Shown here piece by piece: positions 7,814 to 16,908 of a DNA stretch of 25,965 nucleotides (within the stretch, counting starts at the first letter, position 1; each line of letters opens with the position of its first letter). The translations under genes were made by a program, and so were the position numbers. The stretch is taken from the IMG/VR virus record IMGVR_UViG_2698536339_000002. One strand, 5' to 3'. The DNA is from a virus. Lineage: Duplodnaviria; Heunggongvirae; Uroviricota; Caudoviricetes. The notes under the pieces are model-generated. The model was not told the DNA's origin, ran no database searches, and worked only from the letters and a program-made list of their open reading frames with translations.

Positions 7814-7838
7814 CAGCCTCGCCTATGCGGGGCTTTTT
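7814..7838 (+). terminator. Rho-independent terminator after the peptidase gene
   Basis: GCCTCGCC / TAT / GCGGGGC imperfect hairpin followed by TTTTTT. Confidence 0.5.
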
Positions 7839-7904
7839 TACGCGTATTGCATACTCAAATCAAACTAGAGTCGTTTAGAAGAGAATTCAAAACGGCGGTC
7901 GGAC

Positions 7905-8125
7905 CTGTGTTTTCTTATGGGTCCTCCCGGCGGGGTTGCCTACCACGGGGCGGGAGCGTCGCGGAAAAAGGCTAGTTTTTGAAATTTCATTCGTCATCAC
8001 CACTACTGTAATGTATTGATATTACGGTTATTTTATTTTTATGGTGTCGATTTTGATTGTTTTTTGTTCACCACTAACACCGTTTGCCTAAAGTTGTTCG
8101 CAAGATGCATGTTTAAAACATTCTG
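7905..8125. other. cos: cos site (cosN nicking region with flanking cosB-like terminase-binding region), lambda-like
   Basis: GGGTCCTCCCGG...CCACGGGGCGGGAGCGTCGCGG aligns with my recollection of the lambda right-end/left-end junction around the 12-nt cohesive end. The predicted equivalent here is about 7948-7959. An AT-rich bendable stretch and TTCATTCGTCATCACC follow, then nu1. Lambda sequence is recalled, not aligned computationally. Confidence 0.6.
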
Positions 8126-8133
8126 GAGCGGGT

Positions 8134-8628
8134 ATGGATCGAGAGTTAAAAAATCTGACGCTGAATATCAGTCAACTGGCGGCACTGTCAGGTGTACATC
8201 GCCAGACTGCTGCGGCAAGGCTGCAAAATCTACCCGTTGCAGGGGGGCATGAAAGCAACCTCAAGCTTTATCGGGTGGTTGATATTGTGTCGGCATTTCT
8301 GGCATTGCCACCGCCGGTTGCAGAAGGCGAAATGGACGCGCATGAGCGCAAAGCCTGGTATCAGTCTGAACGTGAGCGTCTTAAGTTCGAACAGGAAACG
8401 GCACAACTCATTCCGGCCAGTGATGTCAGACGGGAGTTTGCCATCTGGGCAAAAGCGGTCGTGCAGGTGCTGGAGACATTACCGGATATTCTTGAACGTG
8501 ACTGCGGTCTGCAGCCTGCCGCTGTGAGCCGTGTTCAGTCCATTATTGATGATCTGCGCGATCAGATAGCCCTGCGGGTGACTGAAGCAGGTGCGGATGA
8601 TGAGGAGGAATTACAGCAGGAGGAGTAA
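8134..8628 (+). CDS. nu1: Terminase small subunit (gpNu1-like)
   Basis: 164-aa ORF immediately downstream of cos, with an N-terminal HTH-like segment (LNISQLAALSGVHRQTAAARL) and an acidic C-terminus. Stop overlaps the large-subunit start (TAATG). Confidence 0.8.
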   Translation: MDRELKNLTLNISQLAALSGVHRQTAAARLQNLPVAGGHESNLKLYRVVDIVSAFLALPPPVAEGEMDAHERKAWYQSERERLKFEQETAQLIPASDVRREFAIWAKAVVQVLETLPDILERDCGLQPAAVSRVQSIIDDLRDQIALRVTEAGADDEEELQQEE

Positions 8629-10730
8629 TGCTGAATCAGGAAACCGCAAAGGCAGCACGAACCGATTCAGGTTATATCCTTCGCGCACCGAGACGAATGC
8701 GGGTTGCTGATGCCGTTGCTCAGTATATGCGGGTGCCCATGGGGGCAGGGAACTCAGTCCCGTGGGATCCGCTGGTGGCACCGTATGTTATTGAGCCGAT
8801 GAACTGCCTGGCCTCGCGTGAATACGACGCAGTGATATTTGTTGGTCCGGCACGAACCGGCAAGACTATCGGCCTGATTGACGGCTGGGTGATTTACAAC
8901 GTGATTTGCGATCCTGCGGATATGCTGATCATTCAGATGACGGAGGAAAAAGCCCGCGAACACTCCAAAAAACGACTTGCCAGAACGTTTCGCGTCAGCC
9001 CGGAAGTGGTCAGTCGCCTGAGTCCGAACAAAAATGACAACAACGTTTATGACAGAACATTCCTTGCTGGCAACTACCTGAAAATCGGCTGGCCGTCAGT
9101 CAATATCATGTCCTCATCAGATTATAAATGCGTGGCGCTGACGGATTATGACCGTTTTCCGGAAGATATTGATGGCGAGGGGGATGCCTTCTCTCTTGCC
9201 TCAAAACGTACCACCACATTTATGTCCAGTGGTATGACGCTGGTGGAGAGTTCCCCCGGCAGGGATGTGAAGGATGTGAAATGGCGACGGACTTCACCGC
9301 ATGAGGCTCCACCAACCACGGGGATACTGTCGCTCTATAACCGTGGCGATCGCCGTCGCTGGTACTGGCCCTGTCCACACTGTGGTGAGTATTTTCAGCC
9401 CTGCGGCGATGTGGTTGCTGGTTTCCGTGATATTGCCGATCCCGTGCTGGCAAGTGAGGCGGCTTATATTCAGTGTCCTTCCTGTTCAGGACGGATTATG
9501 CCTGAACAAAAACGTGAGCTGAACGGACGTGGGGTCTGGTTGCGGGATGGTGAATCCATCAATGCGGATGGCAGTCGTTATGGTGATCCCCGACGCTCAC
9601 GTATTGCGTCATTCTGGATGGAGGGTCCGGCAGCTGCTTACCAGACACTCTCGCAACTCGTTTACAAACTGCTTACTGCAGAACAGGAATACGAGACAAC
9701 CGGAAGTGAAGAAACACTCAAGACGGTTATCAATACCGACTGGGGATTACCTTATCTTCCCCGCGCCAGCATGGAGCAACGAAAAAGTGAACTGCTTGAG
9801 CAGCGGGCAGAGCCAGTTCCTTCCCGCAGTGTGCCGGATGGCGTTAATTTCCTTGTGGCGACAGTGGATGTGCAGGCGGGACGTCATCGCCGTTTTGTGG
9901 TTCAGGTAACGGGCTATGGCAGTCGTGGCGAACGCTGGATTATTGATCGTTACAACATCACGCAGTCATTGCGCGGTGACAGCGACGGGGAGAGCCAGCG
10001 AATTGATCCGGCCAGCTATCCGGAAGACTGGGATGTCCTGCTGACGGATGTTTTTCATAAAAGCTGGCCGCTGGCCTCCGATCCTTCTCAACAAATGCGA
10101 CTGATGGCAATGGCGGTGGACTCCGGCGGTGAAGACGGGGTCACTGATAATGCCTATAAATTCTGGCGTCGTTGCCGTCGTGATGGCCTTGGTAAACGTA
10201 TTTACCTGTTTAAGGGCGACAGCATCCGGCGCGCAAAACTGATCACTCGTACATTCCCTGATAACACCGGACGAACGGGCCGACGGGCGCAGGCCGCAGG
10301 TGATGTGCCGCTCTGGCTTCTTCAGACGGATGCACTGAAAGACCGGGTGAATAACGCGTTATGGCGTGACTCGCCAGGTCCCGGCTATGTGCATTTCCCT
10401 GACTGGCTGGGGAGCTGGTTTTACGACGAACTGACGTATGAAGAGCGGAGCAGTGACGGGAAATGGAGTAAGCCTGGTCGCGGTGCCAACGAAGCTTTTG
10501 ACCTGATGGTGTATGCCGAGGCTCTGGTCATTCTGCATGGATACGAAAAGATCCGCTGGCCGGATGCACCGGAGTGGGCGAGCCGGGGAACCTGGCTGGA
10601 GTGTGTCCCGGACAGTACCGAACCGTCACCCACACCGGAACCGGTATCCACGCCTGTTAAAAAACAAAAACGGAAGAAAACAGTAACTGACGATGTTAAC
10701 CCCTGGCTGACTTCCGGAGGATGGTTATGA
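8628..10730 (+). CDS. A: Terminase large subunit (gpA-like)
   Basis: 700-aa ORF with Walker A (VGPARTGKT) and lambda-order position after nu1. Pro/Thr-rich C-terminal tail with a basic KKQKRKK cluster. Confidence 0.9.
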   Translation: MLNQETAKAARTDSGYILRAPRRMRVADAVAQYMRVPMGAGNSVPWDPLVAPYVIEPMNCLASREYDAVIFVGPARTGKTIGLIDGWVIYNVICDPADMLIIQMTEEKAREHSKKRLARTFRVSPEVVSRLSPNKNDNNVYDRTFLAGNYLKIGWPSVNIMSSSDYKCVALTDYDRFPEDIDGEGDAFSLASKRTTTFMSSGMTLVESSPGRDVKDVKWRRTSPHEAPPTTGILSLYNRGDRRRWYWPCPHCGEYFQPCGDVVAGFRDIADPVLASEAAYIQCPSCSGRIMPEQKRELNGRGVWLRDGESINADGSRYGDPRRSRIASFWMEGPAAAYQTLSQLVYKLLTAEQEYETTGSEETLKTVINTDWGLPYLPRASMEQRKSELLEQRAEPVPSRSVPDGVNFLVATVDVQAGRHRRFVVQVTGYGSRGERWIIDRYNITQSLRGDSDGESQRIDPASYPEDWDVLLTDVFHKSWPLASDPSQQMRLMAMAVDSGGEDGVTDNAYKFWRRCRRDGLGKRIYLFKGDSIRRAKLITRTFPDNTGRTGRRAQAAGDVPLWLLQTDALKDRVNNALWRDSPGPGYVHFPDWLGSWFYDELTYEERSSDGKWSKPGRGANEAFDLMVYAEALVILHGYEKIRWPDAPEWASRGTWLECVPDSTEPSPTPEPVSTPVKKQKRKKTVTDDVNPWLTSGGWL

Positions 10731-10939
10731 ACCAGAATGATATCGAAGCCATGATTCAGCGTTATACGGAAGCTGAAATGGCGGTGCTGGACGGAAAATC
10801 CGTCACCTTTAATGGTCAGCAGATGACCATGGAAAACTTATCTGAGATCCGGCAGGGACGGCAGGAGTGGGAGCGCCGCCTTGCGGCTCTGATTACACGA
10901 CGACGGGGGCATCCCGGGTACCGGCTGGCGAGGTTCTGA
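10727..10939 (+). CDS. W: Head-tail joining protein (gpW-like)
   Basis: About 70-aa product. ATG overlaps the terminase stop (ATGA), and its stop overlaps the portal start (TGATG). C-terminal RRRG..G motif resembles lambda W. Confidence 0.7.
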   Translation: MNQNDIEAMIQRYTEAEMAVLDGKSVTFNGQQMTMENLSEIRQGRQEWERRLAALITRRRGHPGYRLARF

Positions 10940-12447
10940 TGGCAATTCTTGATGATGTGATTGGCGTTTTTTCACCAGGATGGAAAGCGGCAAGGCTGCG
11001 TTCCCGTGCGGTGATCCAGGCTTATGAGGCCGTAAAAACGACGCGGACACACAAAGCCCGGCGGGAAAACCGAACTGCCGACCAGTTAAGCCAGTATGGG
11101 GCCGTGTCGTTACGTGAGCAGGCCCGTTACCTTGATAACAACCACGATCTGGTTATTGGTGTATTTGACAAGCTGGAAGAACGGGTGGTGGGGAAAAACG
11201 GGATTATTGTCGAGCCACATCCGGTATTACGCAATGGGGCCATTGCCCGTGACCTGGCTGCGGAGATTCGCACCCGATGGAGTGAATGGTCTGTCAGTCC
11301 GGAAGTCACCGGGCAGTTTACCCGTCCGATGCTGGAACGTCTGATGCTGCGTACCTGGCTGCGCGATGGTGAGGTGTTTGCCCAGATGGTTTCCGGGCGC
11401 ATAAACAGCCTGACGCCTTCTGCCGGTGTTCATTTCTGGCTGGAGGCGCTCGAGCCGGACTTTATTCCCATGACCAGTGATGAGAGCAACAGGCTGAATC
11501 AGGGCGTGTTTGTTGATGACTGGGGGCGTCCCGAAAAATATCTGGTGTATAAAAGTCGTCCTGTATCCGGACGGCAGATGGAAACCAAAGAAGTGGATGC
11601 AGAGCGAATGCTGCATCTTAAATTTGTTCGCCGTCTGCACCAGATGCGCGGGACGTCTTTATTGTCCGGTGTGCTGATCCGCCTAAGCGCTCTGAAAGAG
11701 TATGAAGATTCTGAGCTGACTGCAGCAAGGATCGCCGCTGCTCTGGGGATGTACATCCGGAAAGGCGACGGGCAGAGCTATGAACCGGATGGTAATGGCA
11801 GCAAGGAGAATGAACGCGAGCTTACCATTCAGCCAGGCATTATTTACGACGATCTGAAACCCGGCGAAGAAATCGGAATGGTGAAGTCGGATCGTCCCAA
11901 TCCTAACCTTGAAACTTTTCGTAATGGTCAGTTGCGTGCCGTGGCGGCGGGCAGTCGTCTGAGTTTTTCCAGTACGGCACGAAACTATAACGGCACTTAC
12001 AGCGCCCAGCGTCAGGAACTGGTTGAGTCTACTGATGGCTACCTGATCCTGCAGGACTGGTTTATTGGTGCCGTCACCCGCCCGATGTATCGTGCCTGGC
12101 TGAAACAGGCTGTGGCATCCGGTGTTATCAGGCTACCCCGCGATCTTGACCGTTCTTCACTGTATACCGCGGTGTATTCCGGACCGGTGATGCCGTGGAT
12201 TGACCCTGTTAAGGAGGCTGAGGCCTGGAAAATCCAGATTCGTGGTGGAGCGGCGACAGAATCAGATTGGGTACGTGCAGGTGGTCGTAATCCGGATGAT
12301 GTCAAACGTCGGCGCAAGGCCGAAATTGATGAAAACCGCAAGCTGGATCTGGTATTTGATACCGATCCGGCCAGTGATAAAGGAGGCAGCAGTGCCGCAA
12401 CGAAACGACAGGAGCCGCAGCACACCGACGACCAGTCCGAAGAATAA
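10939..12447 (+). CDS. B: Portal protein (gpB-like)
   Basis: About 502-aa ORF in lambda-order position between W and the capsid gene. The ORF-track start at 10867 is probably an over-extension; ATG 10939 is translationally coupled to W. Confidence 0.85.
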   Translation: MAILDDVIGVFSPGWKAARLRSRAVIQAYEAVKTTRTHKARRENRTADQLSQYGAVSLREQARYLDNNHDLVIGVFDKLEERVVGKNGIIVEPHPVLRNGAIARDLAAEIRTRWSEWSVSPEVTGQFTRPMLERLMLRTWLRDGEVFAQMVSGRINSLTPSAGVHFWLEALEPDFIPMTSDESNRLNQGVFVDDWGRPEKYLVYKSRPVSGRQMETKEVDAERMLHLKFVRRLHQMRGTSLLSGVLIRLSALKEYEDSELTAARIAAALGMYIRKGDGQSYEPDGNGSKENERELTIQPGIIYDDLKPGEEIGMVKSDRPNPNLETFRNGQLRAVAAGSRLSFSSTARNYNGTYSAQRQELVESTDGYLILQDWFIGAVTRPMYRAWLKQAVASGVIRLPRDLDRSSLYTAVYSGPVMPWIDPVKEAEAWKIQIRGGAATESDWVRAGGRNPDDVKRRRKAEIDENRKLDLVFDTDPASDKGGSSAATKRQEPQHTDDQSEE

Positions 12448-12460
12448 TTCCTGGTTCAGG

Positions 12461-14419
12461 ATGCAGGCTGGTCACCAGAGTGACGCGGATATTTATATTT
12501 ATGACGAGATTGGTTTCTGGGGTGTTACAGCGAAGCAGTTTATCAGTGATCTGAATGCACTGGGCGATATCACCCACATTAATCTCCATATTAATTCACC
12601 GGGTGGCGATGTCTTTGAAGGCATCGCCATTTTTAATGCGCTGAAAACACATGGTGCGTCCATTACCGTTTATGTCGACGGTGTGGCGGCATCAATGGCG
12701 TCGGTCATTGCGATGGTGGGAAACCCGGTCATTATGCCGGAAAACACCTTCATGATGATTCATAAACCATTTGGCTTTACGGGCGGTGATGCGGAGGACA
12801 TGCGCACCTATGCCGACCTGCTCGATAAAGTTGAGGCGGTTCTGTTACCCGCTTATGCACAGAAAACCGGGAAAACCACCGATGAAATTGCTGCCATGCT
12901 GGCGGATGAGACCTGGATGTCCGGTGCCGAATGTCTGGCACATGGATTTGCTGATCAGGTAACGCCAGCCGTTAAGGCAATGGCATGTATTCAGTCAAAA
13001 CGTACAGAGGAATTTAAAAAGATGCCGGAATCCATTCGAAACATGATTACTCCGCCACGCAACAGTGCTCCACGCGTACAGGATGATGAACCTGCAGCCT
13101 CCCGGACGCCAGTGCAGGCAGCAGCACCCGTGGTGGATGAAAACAGTATCCGTGCGCAGGTACTGGCAGAGCAAAAAGCGCGTGTAAACGGTATTAATGA
13201 TCTGTTTGCCATGTTTGGCGGGCGTTATCAGACGCTGCAGGCTCAGTGTCTTGCCGATCCTGAATGTTCGCTGGAGCAGGCCCGCGAAAAGTTGTTGAAC
13301 GAGATGGGGCGCGAGTCCACGCCATCCAATAAAAATACCCCGGCTCATATTTATGCCGGTAACGGTAATTTTGTGGGGGACGGGATCCGCCAGGCGCTGA
13401 TGGCGCGTGCCGGATTTGAAAAAACCGAACGTGATAATGTCTACAACGGGATGACCCTGCGTGAATATGCCCGTATGTCACTGACTGAACGGGGTATTGG
13501 GGTTTCCGGTTATAACCCGATGCAGATGGTCGGTGCGGCGTTCACACACAGTACGTCTGACTTCGGTAATATTCTGCTGGATGTTGCGAACAAAGCCATT
13601 CTGCAGGGCTGGGAAGATGCCCCTGAAACCTATGAACAGTGGACGCGGAAAGGTCAGTTGTCTGATTTTAAAATTGCCCATCGTGTGGGTATGGGGGGCT
13701 TCAGTGCTCTGCGTCAGGTGCGTGAAGGGGCGGAATATAAATACGTCACCACCGGAGATAAACAGGCCACTATTGCACTGGCGACCTATGGCGAGCTGTT
13801 CAGTATCACCCGTCAGGCCATTATCAATGATGATCTGAATATGCTGACCGATGTCCCGATGAAACTGGGCCGTGCGGCGAAATCCACTATTGCCGATCTG
13901 GTTTATGCCATTCTGACGTCTAACCCGAAAATCTCCACAGATAATGTAAGTCTGTTCGATAAAGCGAAACATGCAAACGTACTGGAGAGCGCTGCAATGG
14001 ACGTGGCATCGCTGGATAAAGCCCGCCAGTTGATGCGCGTTCAGAAAGAGGGGGAGCGTCATCTGAATATTCGTCCTGCGTTCGTACTGGTACCGACGGC
14101 GATGGAGTCTGTTGCTAACCAGGTCATTCGCTCCTCAAGTGTCAAGGGGGCTGACATTAACGCCGGTATTATTAACCCGGTGAAAGATTTTGCGACCGTT
14201 ATTGCAGAGCCTCGTCTTGATGATAACAGCCTGACCACCTTCTACCTGGCTGCGTCAAAAGGCTCCGATACGATTGAAGTGGCTTATCTCAACGGTGTGG
14301 ATACGCCATATATTGATCAGATGGAGGGCTTCAGTGTGGATGGCGTGACAACGAAAGTGCGTATTGACGCCGGTGTCGCGCCAGTTGATCACCGCGGTCT
14401 GGTGAAATGTACGGCGTAA
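12461..14419 (+). CDS. Fused head maturation protease (ClpP-like) / scaffold / major capsid protein, tripartite capsid gene
   Basis: N-terminal ClpP-fold head-protease region (GVTAKQFISDL ... INSPGGDVFEGIAIFNAL ... VAASMASVIAMVG), a Gln/Ala/Glu-rich linker, and a C-terminal capsid-like domain, all in one frame. The ORF-track start at 12200 overlaps the portal and is likely artefactual; the first in-frame ATG after the portal stop is 12461. Confidence 0.8.
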   Translation: MQAGHQSDADIYIYDEIGFWGVTAKQFISDLNALGDITHINLHINSPGGDVFEGIAIFNALKTHGASITVYVDGVAASMASVIAMVGNPVIMPENTFMMIHKPFGFTGGDAEDMRTYADLLDKVEAVLLPAYAQKTGKTTDEIAAMLADETWMSGAECLAHGFADQVTPAVKAMACIQSKRTEEFKKMPESIRNMITPPRNSAPRVQDDEPAASRTPVQAAAPVVDENSIRAQVLAEQKARVNGINDLFAMFGGRYQTLQAQCLADPECSLEQAREKLLNEMGRESTPSNKNTPAHIYAGNGNFVGDGIRQALMARAGFEKTERDNVYNGMTLREYARMSLTERGIGVSGYNPMQMVGAAFTHSTSDFGNILLDVANKAILQGWEDAPETYEQWTRKGQLSDFKIAHRVGMGGFSALRQVREGAEYKYVTTGDKQATIALATYGELFSITRQAIINDDLNMLTDVPMKLGRAAKSTIADLVYAILTSNPKISTDNVSLFDKAKHANVLESAAMDVASLDKARQLMRVQKEGERHLNIRPAFVLVPTAMESVANQVIRSSSVKGADINAGIINPVKDFATVIAEPRLDDNSLTTFYLAASKGSDTIEVAYLNGVDTPYIDQMEGFSVDGVTTKVRIDAGVAPVDHRGLVKCTA

Positions 14420-14442
14420 ACGTCGCAGACAACAACTCTGAT

Positions 14443-14463
14443 GGCCCGTAAGGGCTTTTTTTG
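14443..14463 (+). terminator. Rho-independent terminator after the capsid gene
   Basis: GCCC / GTAA / GGGC hairpin followed by T8. Confidence 0.45.
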
Positions 14464-14505
14464 TACCTGAAATCAGCCCCTGAACGGGGCTGTGCGGAGA
14501 CAGTT

Positions 14506-14829
14506 ATGGCAAAGAATTTTGTAGAAGAAGGAAAAACGGTGGCGATTGTTGCCAGTGCAGCCATCAGCAGCGGAGATCTGGTGCAGGTGGGTGATGTTTT
14601 TGCGGTAGCGCTGACCGATATTCCACAGGGTGAAACAGGCGACGGCCTGACCGAAGGTGTGTTTATGCTGCCTAAGCTGAAAACGGATGACATGAAAACG
14701 GGTAAGAAGGTTTATCTGAAGTCCGGAAAAGTTCAGTTGACTAACAGCGGCTCTGATCCGCTGGTCGGGGTTGTCTGGGCAGATGCCGGAACCAGTGCAG
14801 AAGAAGTGCCGGTAAAACTCAATGTCTGA
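14506..14829 (+). CDS. Small head protein, probable decoration/cement protein (DUF2190-like)
   Basis: 107-aa product starting MAKNFVEEGK with GGAGA Shine-Dalgarno. Lies immediately after the major capsid gene. Family assignment is from recall. Confidence 0.5.
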   Translation: MAKNFVEEGKTVAIVASAAISSGDLVQVGDVFAVALTDIPQGETGDGLTEGVFMLPKLKTDDMKTGKKVYLKSGKVQLTNSGSDPLVGVVWADAGTSAEEVPVKLNV

Positions 14830-15097
14830 TCCCTTTTCCCGGCTGGCAGCGCGTATGGATGCGATCACGGTCAGAAAGATGGGAAAGACAGCCTCGATTA
14901 ATGATGTCGATATGACTGTGATCCCGGGAGAAACACTGGCAGAGCTGAATGCTCTGTCCGGATCTGCGGTCTCTCTGGTGGTGTTTTCTTCGGGATACCG
15001 CCCACGGCGCGGGGATCGCGTTGTTTATGACGGACAACAATGGACGGTCACACGGCATGAACGCTTTAACGGTAAGCCAATGATCTTTATTGAGTAA
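14822..15097 (+). CDS. Head completion / head-tail adaptor protein (FII-like position)
   Basis: 91-aa ORF overlapping the previous stop by 8 nt, located between the head genes and gpZ as FI/FII are in lambda. Confidence 0.5.
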   Translation: MSDPFSRLAARMDAITVRKMGKTASINDVDMTVIPGETLAELNALSGSAVSLVVFSSGYRPRRGDRVVYDGQQWTVTRHERFNGKPMIFIE

Positions 15098-15108
15098 AGA
15101 GGTGTGGG

Positions 15109-15699
15109 ATGAAGGGGCTTGAGAATGCTATCCGCAATCTGAACAGCCTTGATACCCGTATGGTGCCACAGGCCAGCGCATGGGCGATAAACCGTGTGGC
15201 ACAGAAAGCGGTCTCGGTTGCCACCCGGCAGGTTGCCGGGAATACCGTTGCGGGAGATAACCAGGTGAAAGGGATCCCCCTGAAACTGGTACGTCAGCGT
15301 GTCCGGGTGTTTAAAGCCAGTCCGTCAGGAAAAATGACGGCCAGGATCCGCGTTAACCGGGGCAATCTGCCCGCCATCAAACTGAACACAACACGGCGGC
15401 GTGCTGGTGAAGGATTGAGAGTGGGAAAATACTTTTTCCGGGGGGCATTTATTCAGCAACTGGCGAATGGCCGCTGGCATGTTCTGAGGCGTCTTCCTGA
15501 AGCGCGTTTTGCAACAGGGCATGACCATCAGGGCAGGCCAAGAAAAAATCGTCTTCCTGTGGAGGTAGTGAAAATCCCGCTGTCCGGACCGCTGACACAG
15601 GCATTTGAAGATGCCCGCGACCGCATCATTGCTGCGGAAATGCCGAAACAGCTGGGGTATGCACTGAAACAACAACTGAGGTTATGGCTGACCCGATGA
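15109..15699 (+). CDS. Z: Minor tail / tail completion protein gpZ-like
   Basis: 196 aa. Motifs KGLENAIRNL ... AINRVA ... GAFIQQL.NGRWHV ... VVKIP ... LGYAL.QQLR match recalled lambda gpZ. Confidence 0.75.
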   Translation: MKGLENAIRNLNSLDTRMVPQASAWAINRVAQKAVSVATRQVAGNTVAGDNQVKGIPLKLVRQRVRVFKASPSGKMTARIRVNRGNLPAIKLNTTRRRAGEGLRVGKYFFRGAFIQQLANGRWHVLRRLPEARFATGHDHQGRPRKNRLPVEVVKIPLSGPLTQAFEDARDRIIAAEMPKQLGYALKQQLRLWLTR

Positions 15700-16097
15700 A
15701 CCGACATACACAAATCCGCCAGGTCGTACTGGCACGCCTTCGGGAACAGTGTGGAGACAGCGCCACGTTTTTTGACGGGCTTCCGGCATTTGTTGATGCG
15801 CAGGAACTGCCTGCCGTGGCGGTGTGGCTGAGTGATGCTCAGTACACCGGAAAAATGACGGATGAAGATGACTGGCAGGCTGTTCTGCATATTGCTGTCT
15901 TCATCCGGGCACAGGCACCGGATTCAGAGCTGGATATGTGGATGGAGAGCACCATTTTCCCGGCCCTGAATGATGTACCGGCACTTTCCGGACTCATCGA
16001 CACCCTGATCCCACTCGGTTTTAACTATCAACGTGATAATGAGATGGCCACCTGGGCGATGGCGGAAATCACGTACCAGATCACGTACACGAATTAA
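15696..16097 (+). CDS. U: Tail terminator protein gpU-like
   Basis: ATG overlaps the Z stop (ATGA). Motifs ATFFDG.PA ... PAVAV.L..A.YTG ... W.ESTIFPAL.D.PALS.LI match lambda gpU. Confidence 0.8.
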   Translation: MNRHTQIRQVVLARLREQCGDSATFFDGLPAFVDAQELPAVAVWLSDAQYTGKMTDEDDWQAVLHIAVFIRAQAPDSELDMWMESTIFPALNDVPALSGLIDTLIPLGFNYQRDNEMATWAMAEITYQITYTN

Positions 16098-16107
16098 GGA
16101 GGTGGTA

Positions 16108-16851
16108 ATGACCACACCAAATCCACTGGCAAAAACGAAAGGTGCGGGAACGACGTTCTGGATGTATACCGGCAACGGCGATGCGTTTGCGAACCCTTTG
16201 TCGGACACTGACTGGTTGCGTCTTGCGATGGTGAAGGATCTGCAACCTGGCGAAATGACCGCTGATGCAGAAGATGACACTTATCTCGATGATGAAGATG
16301 CAGACTGGAAAACGACAACCCAGGGGCAGAAATCCGTCGGTGATACTTCGGCGACGCTGGCCTGGCGTCCGGGGGACAGCGGGCAGAAAAAACTGGTTCA
16401 GTTGTTCGACTCCGGTGAAGTCTGCGCGTTTCGTATCAAATATCCCAACGGTACTGTTGATGTTTTCCGTGGCTGGCTGAGTTCACTGGGTAAAACCATT
16501 GCCTCAAAAGACGTGATGACCCGCACCGTGAAAATCAGCGGTGTGGGGCGTCCGTATCTGGCAGAGGAAGGCACTGAAACCGTGGGCGTTACCGGGCTGA
16601 CGGTGGCACCGGCATCTGCCAGTGTAAAAGTGGGAGCAACCACCACGCTGACCTTTACAGTAAAGCCTGACGGAGCCAGTGACAAAGCGATCAGTGTGCA
16701 TTCGACAGATCCACAGACTGCCACGGTGACCCTGAACGGGCTTGTGGCTACGGTGAAAGGCGTGAAGCAGGGCAGTGTCAGCATTGTGGGCATGACTTCT
16801 GACGGCGATTTTGTGGCAGTGGCTACGGTGGCTGTCAGCGCCGCAGGTTAA
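16108..16851 (+). CDS. V: Major tail tube protein gpV-like with C-terminal Ig-like domain
   Basis: Strong SD AAGGAGG. Motifs KGAGTT.W.Y.G.GD..ANPLSD.DW.RLA.VKDL.PGE.TA ... YLDDEDADW ... GTVDVFRGW match lambda V. C-terminal Thr/Val-rich segment is Ig-like (Big_2-type). Confidence 0.85.
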   Translation: MTTPNPLAKTKGAGTTFWMYTGNGDAFANPLSDTDWLRLAMVKDLQPGEMTADAEDDTYLDDEDADWKTTTQGQKSVGDTSATLAWRPGDSGQKKLVQLFDSGEVCAFRIKYPNGTVDVFRGWLSSLGKTIASKDVMTRTVKISGVGRPYLAEEGTETVGVTGLTVAPASASVKVGATTTLTFTVKPDGASDKAISVHSTDPQTATVTLNGLVATVKGVKQGSVSIVGMTSDGDFVAVATVAVSAAG

Positions 16852-16871
16852 CAGGACGATACTCATCATTT

Positions 16872-16895
16872 GCCCCGGTTATCCGGGGCTTTTTT
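16872..16895 (+). terminator. Rho-independent terminator after the major tail gene
   Basis: GCCCCGG / TTAT / CCGGGGC followed by TTTTTT. Confidence 0.5.
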
Positions 16896-16908
16896 GCAGG
16901 TGGAGAAC

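Noticed and set aside
8016-8527. ORFs 8016..8252 and 8192..8527 overlapping the cos region and nu1
   Set aside because: They overlap the cos site and the well-supported nu1 frame, and their translations are Cys/Arg-rich with no start context. Likely non-coding.
12200-12460. 5' extension of the capsid ORF overlapping the portal gene by about 250 nt
   Set aside because: An ORF-caller artefact. The extension is in an alternative frame of the portal gene, and the first ATG after the portal stop (12461) is the plausible start.
13478-14062. Minus-strand ORF (194 aa) and other antisense or alternative-frame ORFs inside the capsid, portal, terminase and tape-measure genes (for example 9529..9909, 11227..11640, 19534..20019)
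   Set aside because: All are embedded in strongly supported sense-strand genes with lambda-order synteny. They have no ribosome-binding sites and low-complexity translations, so they are frame artefacts.
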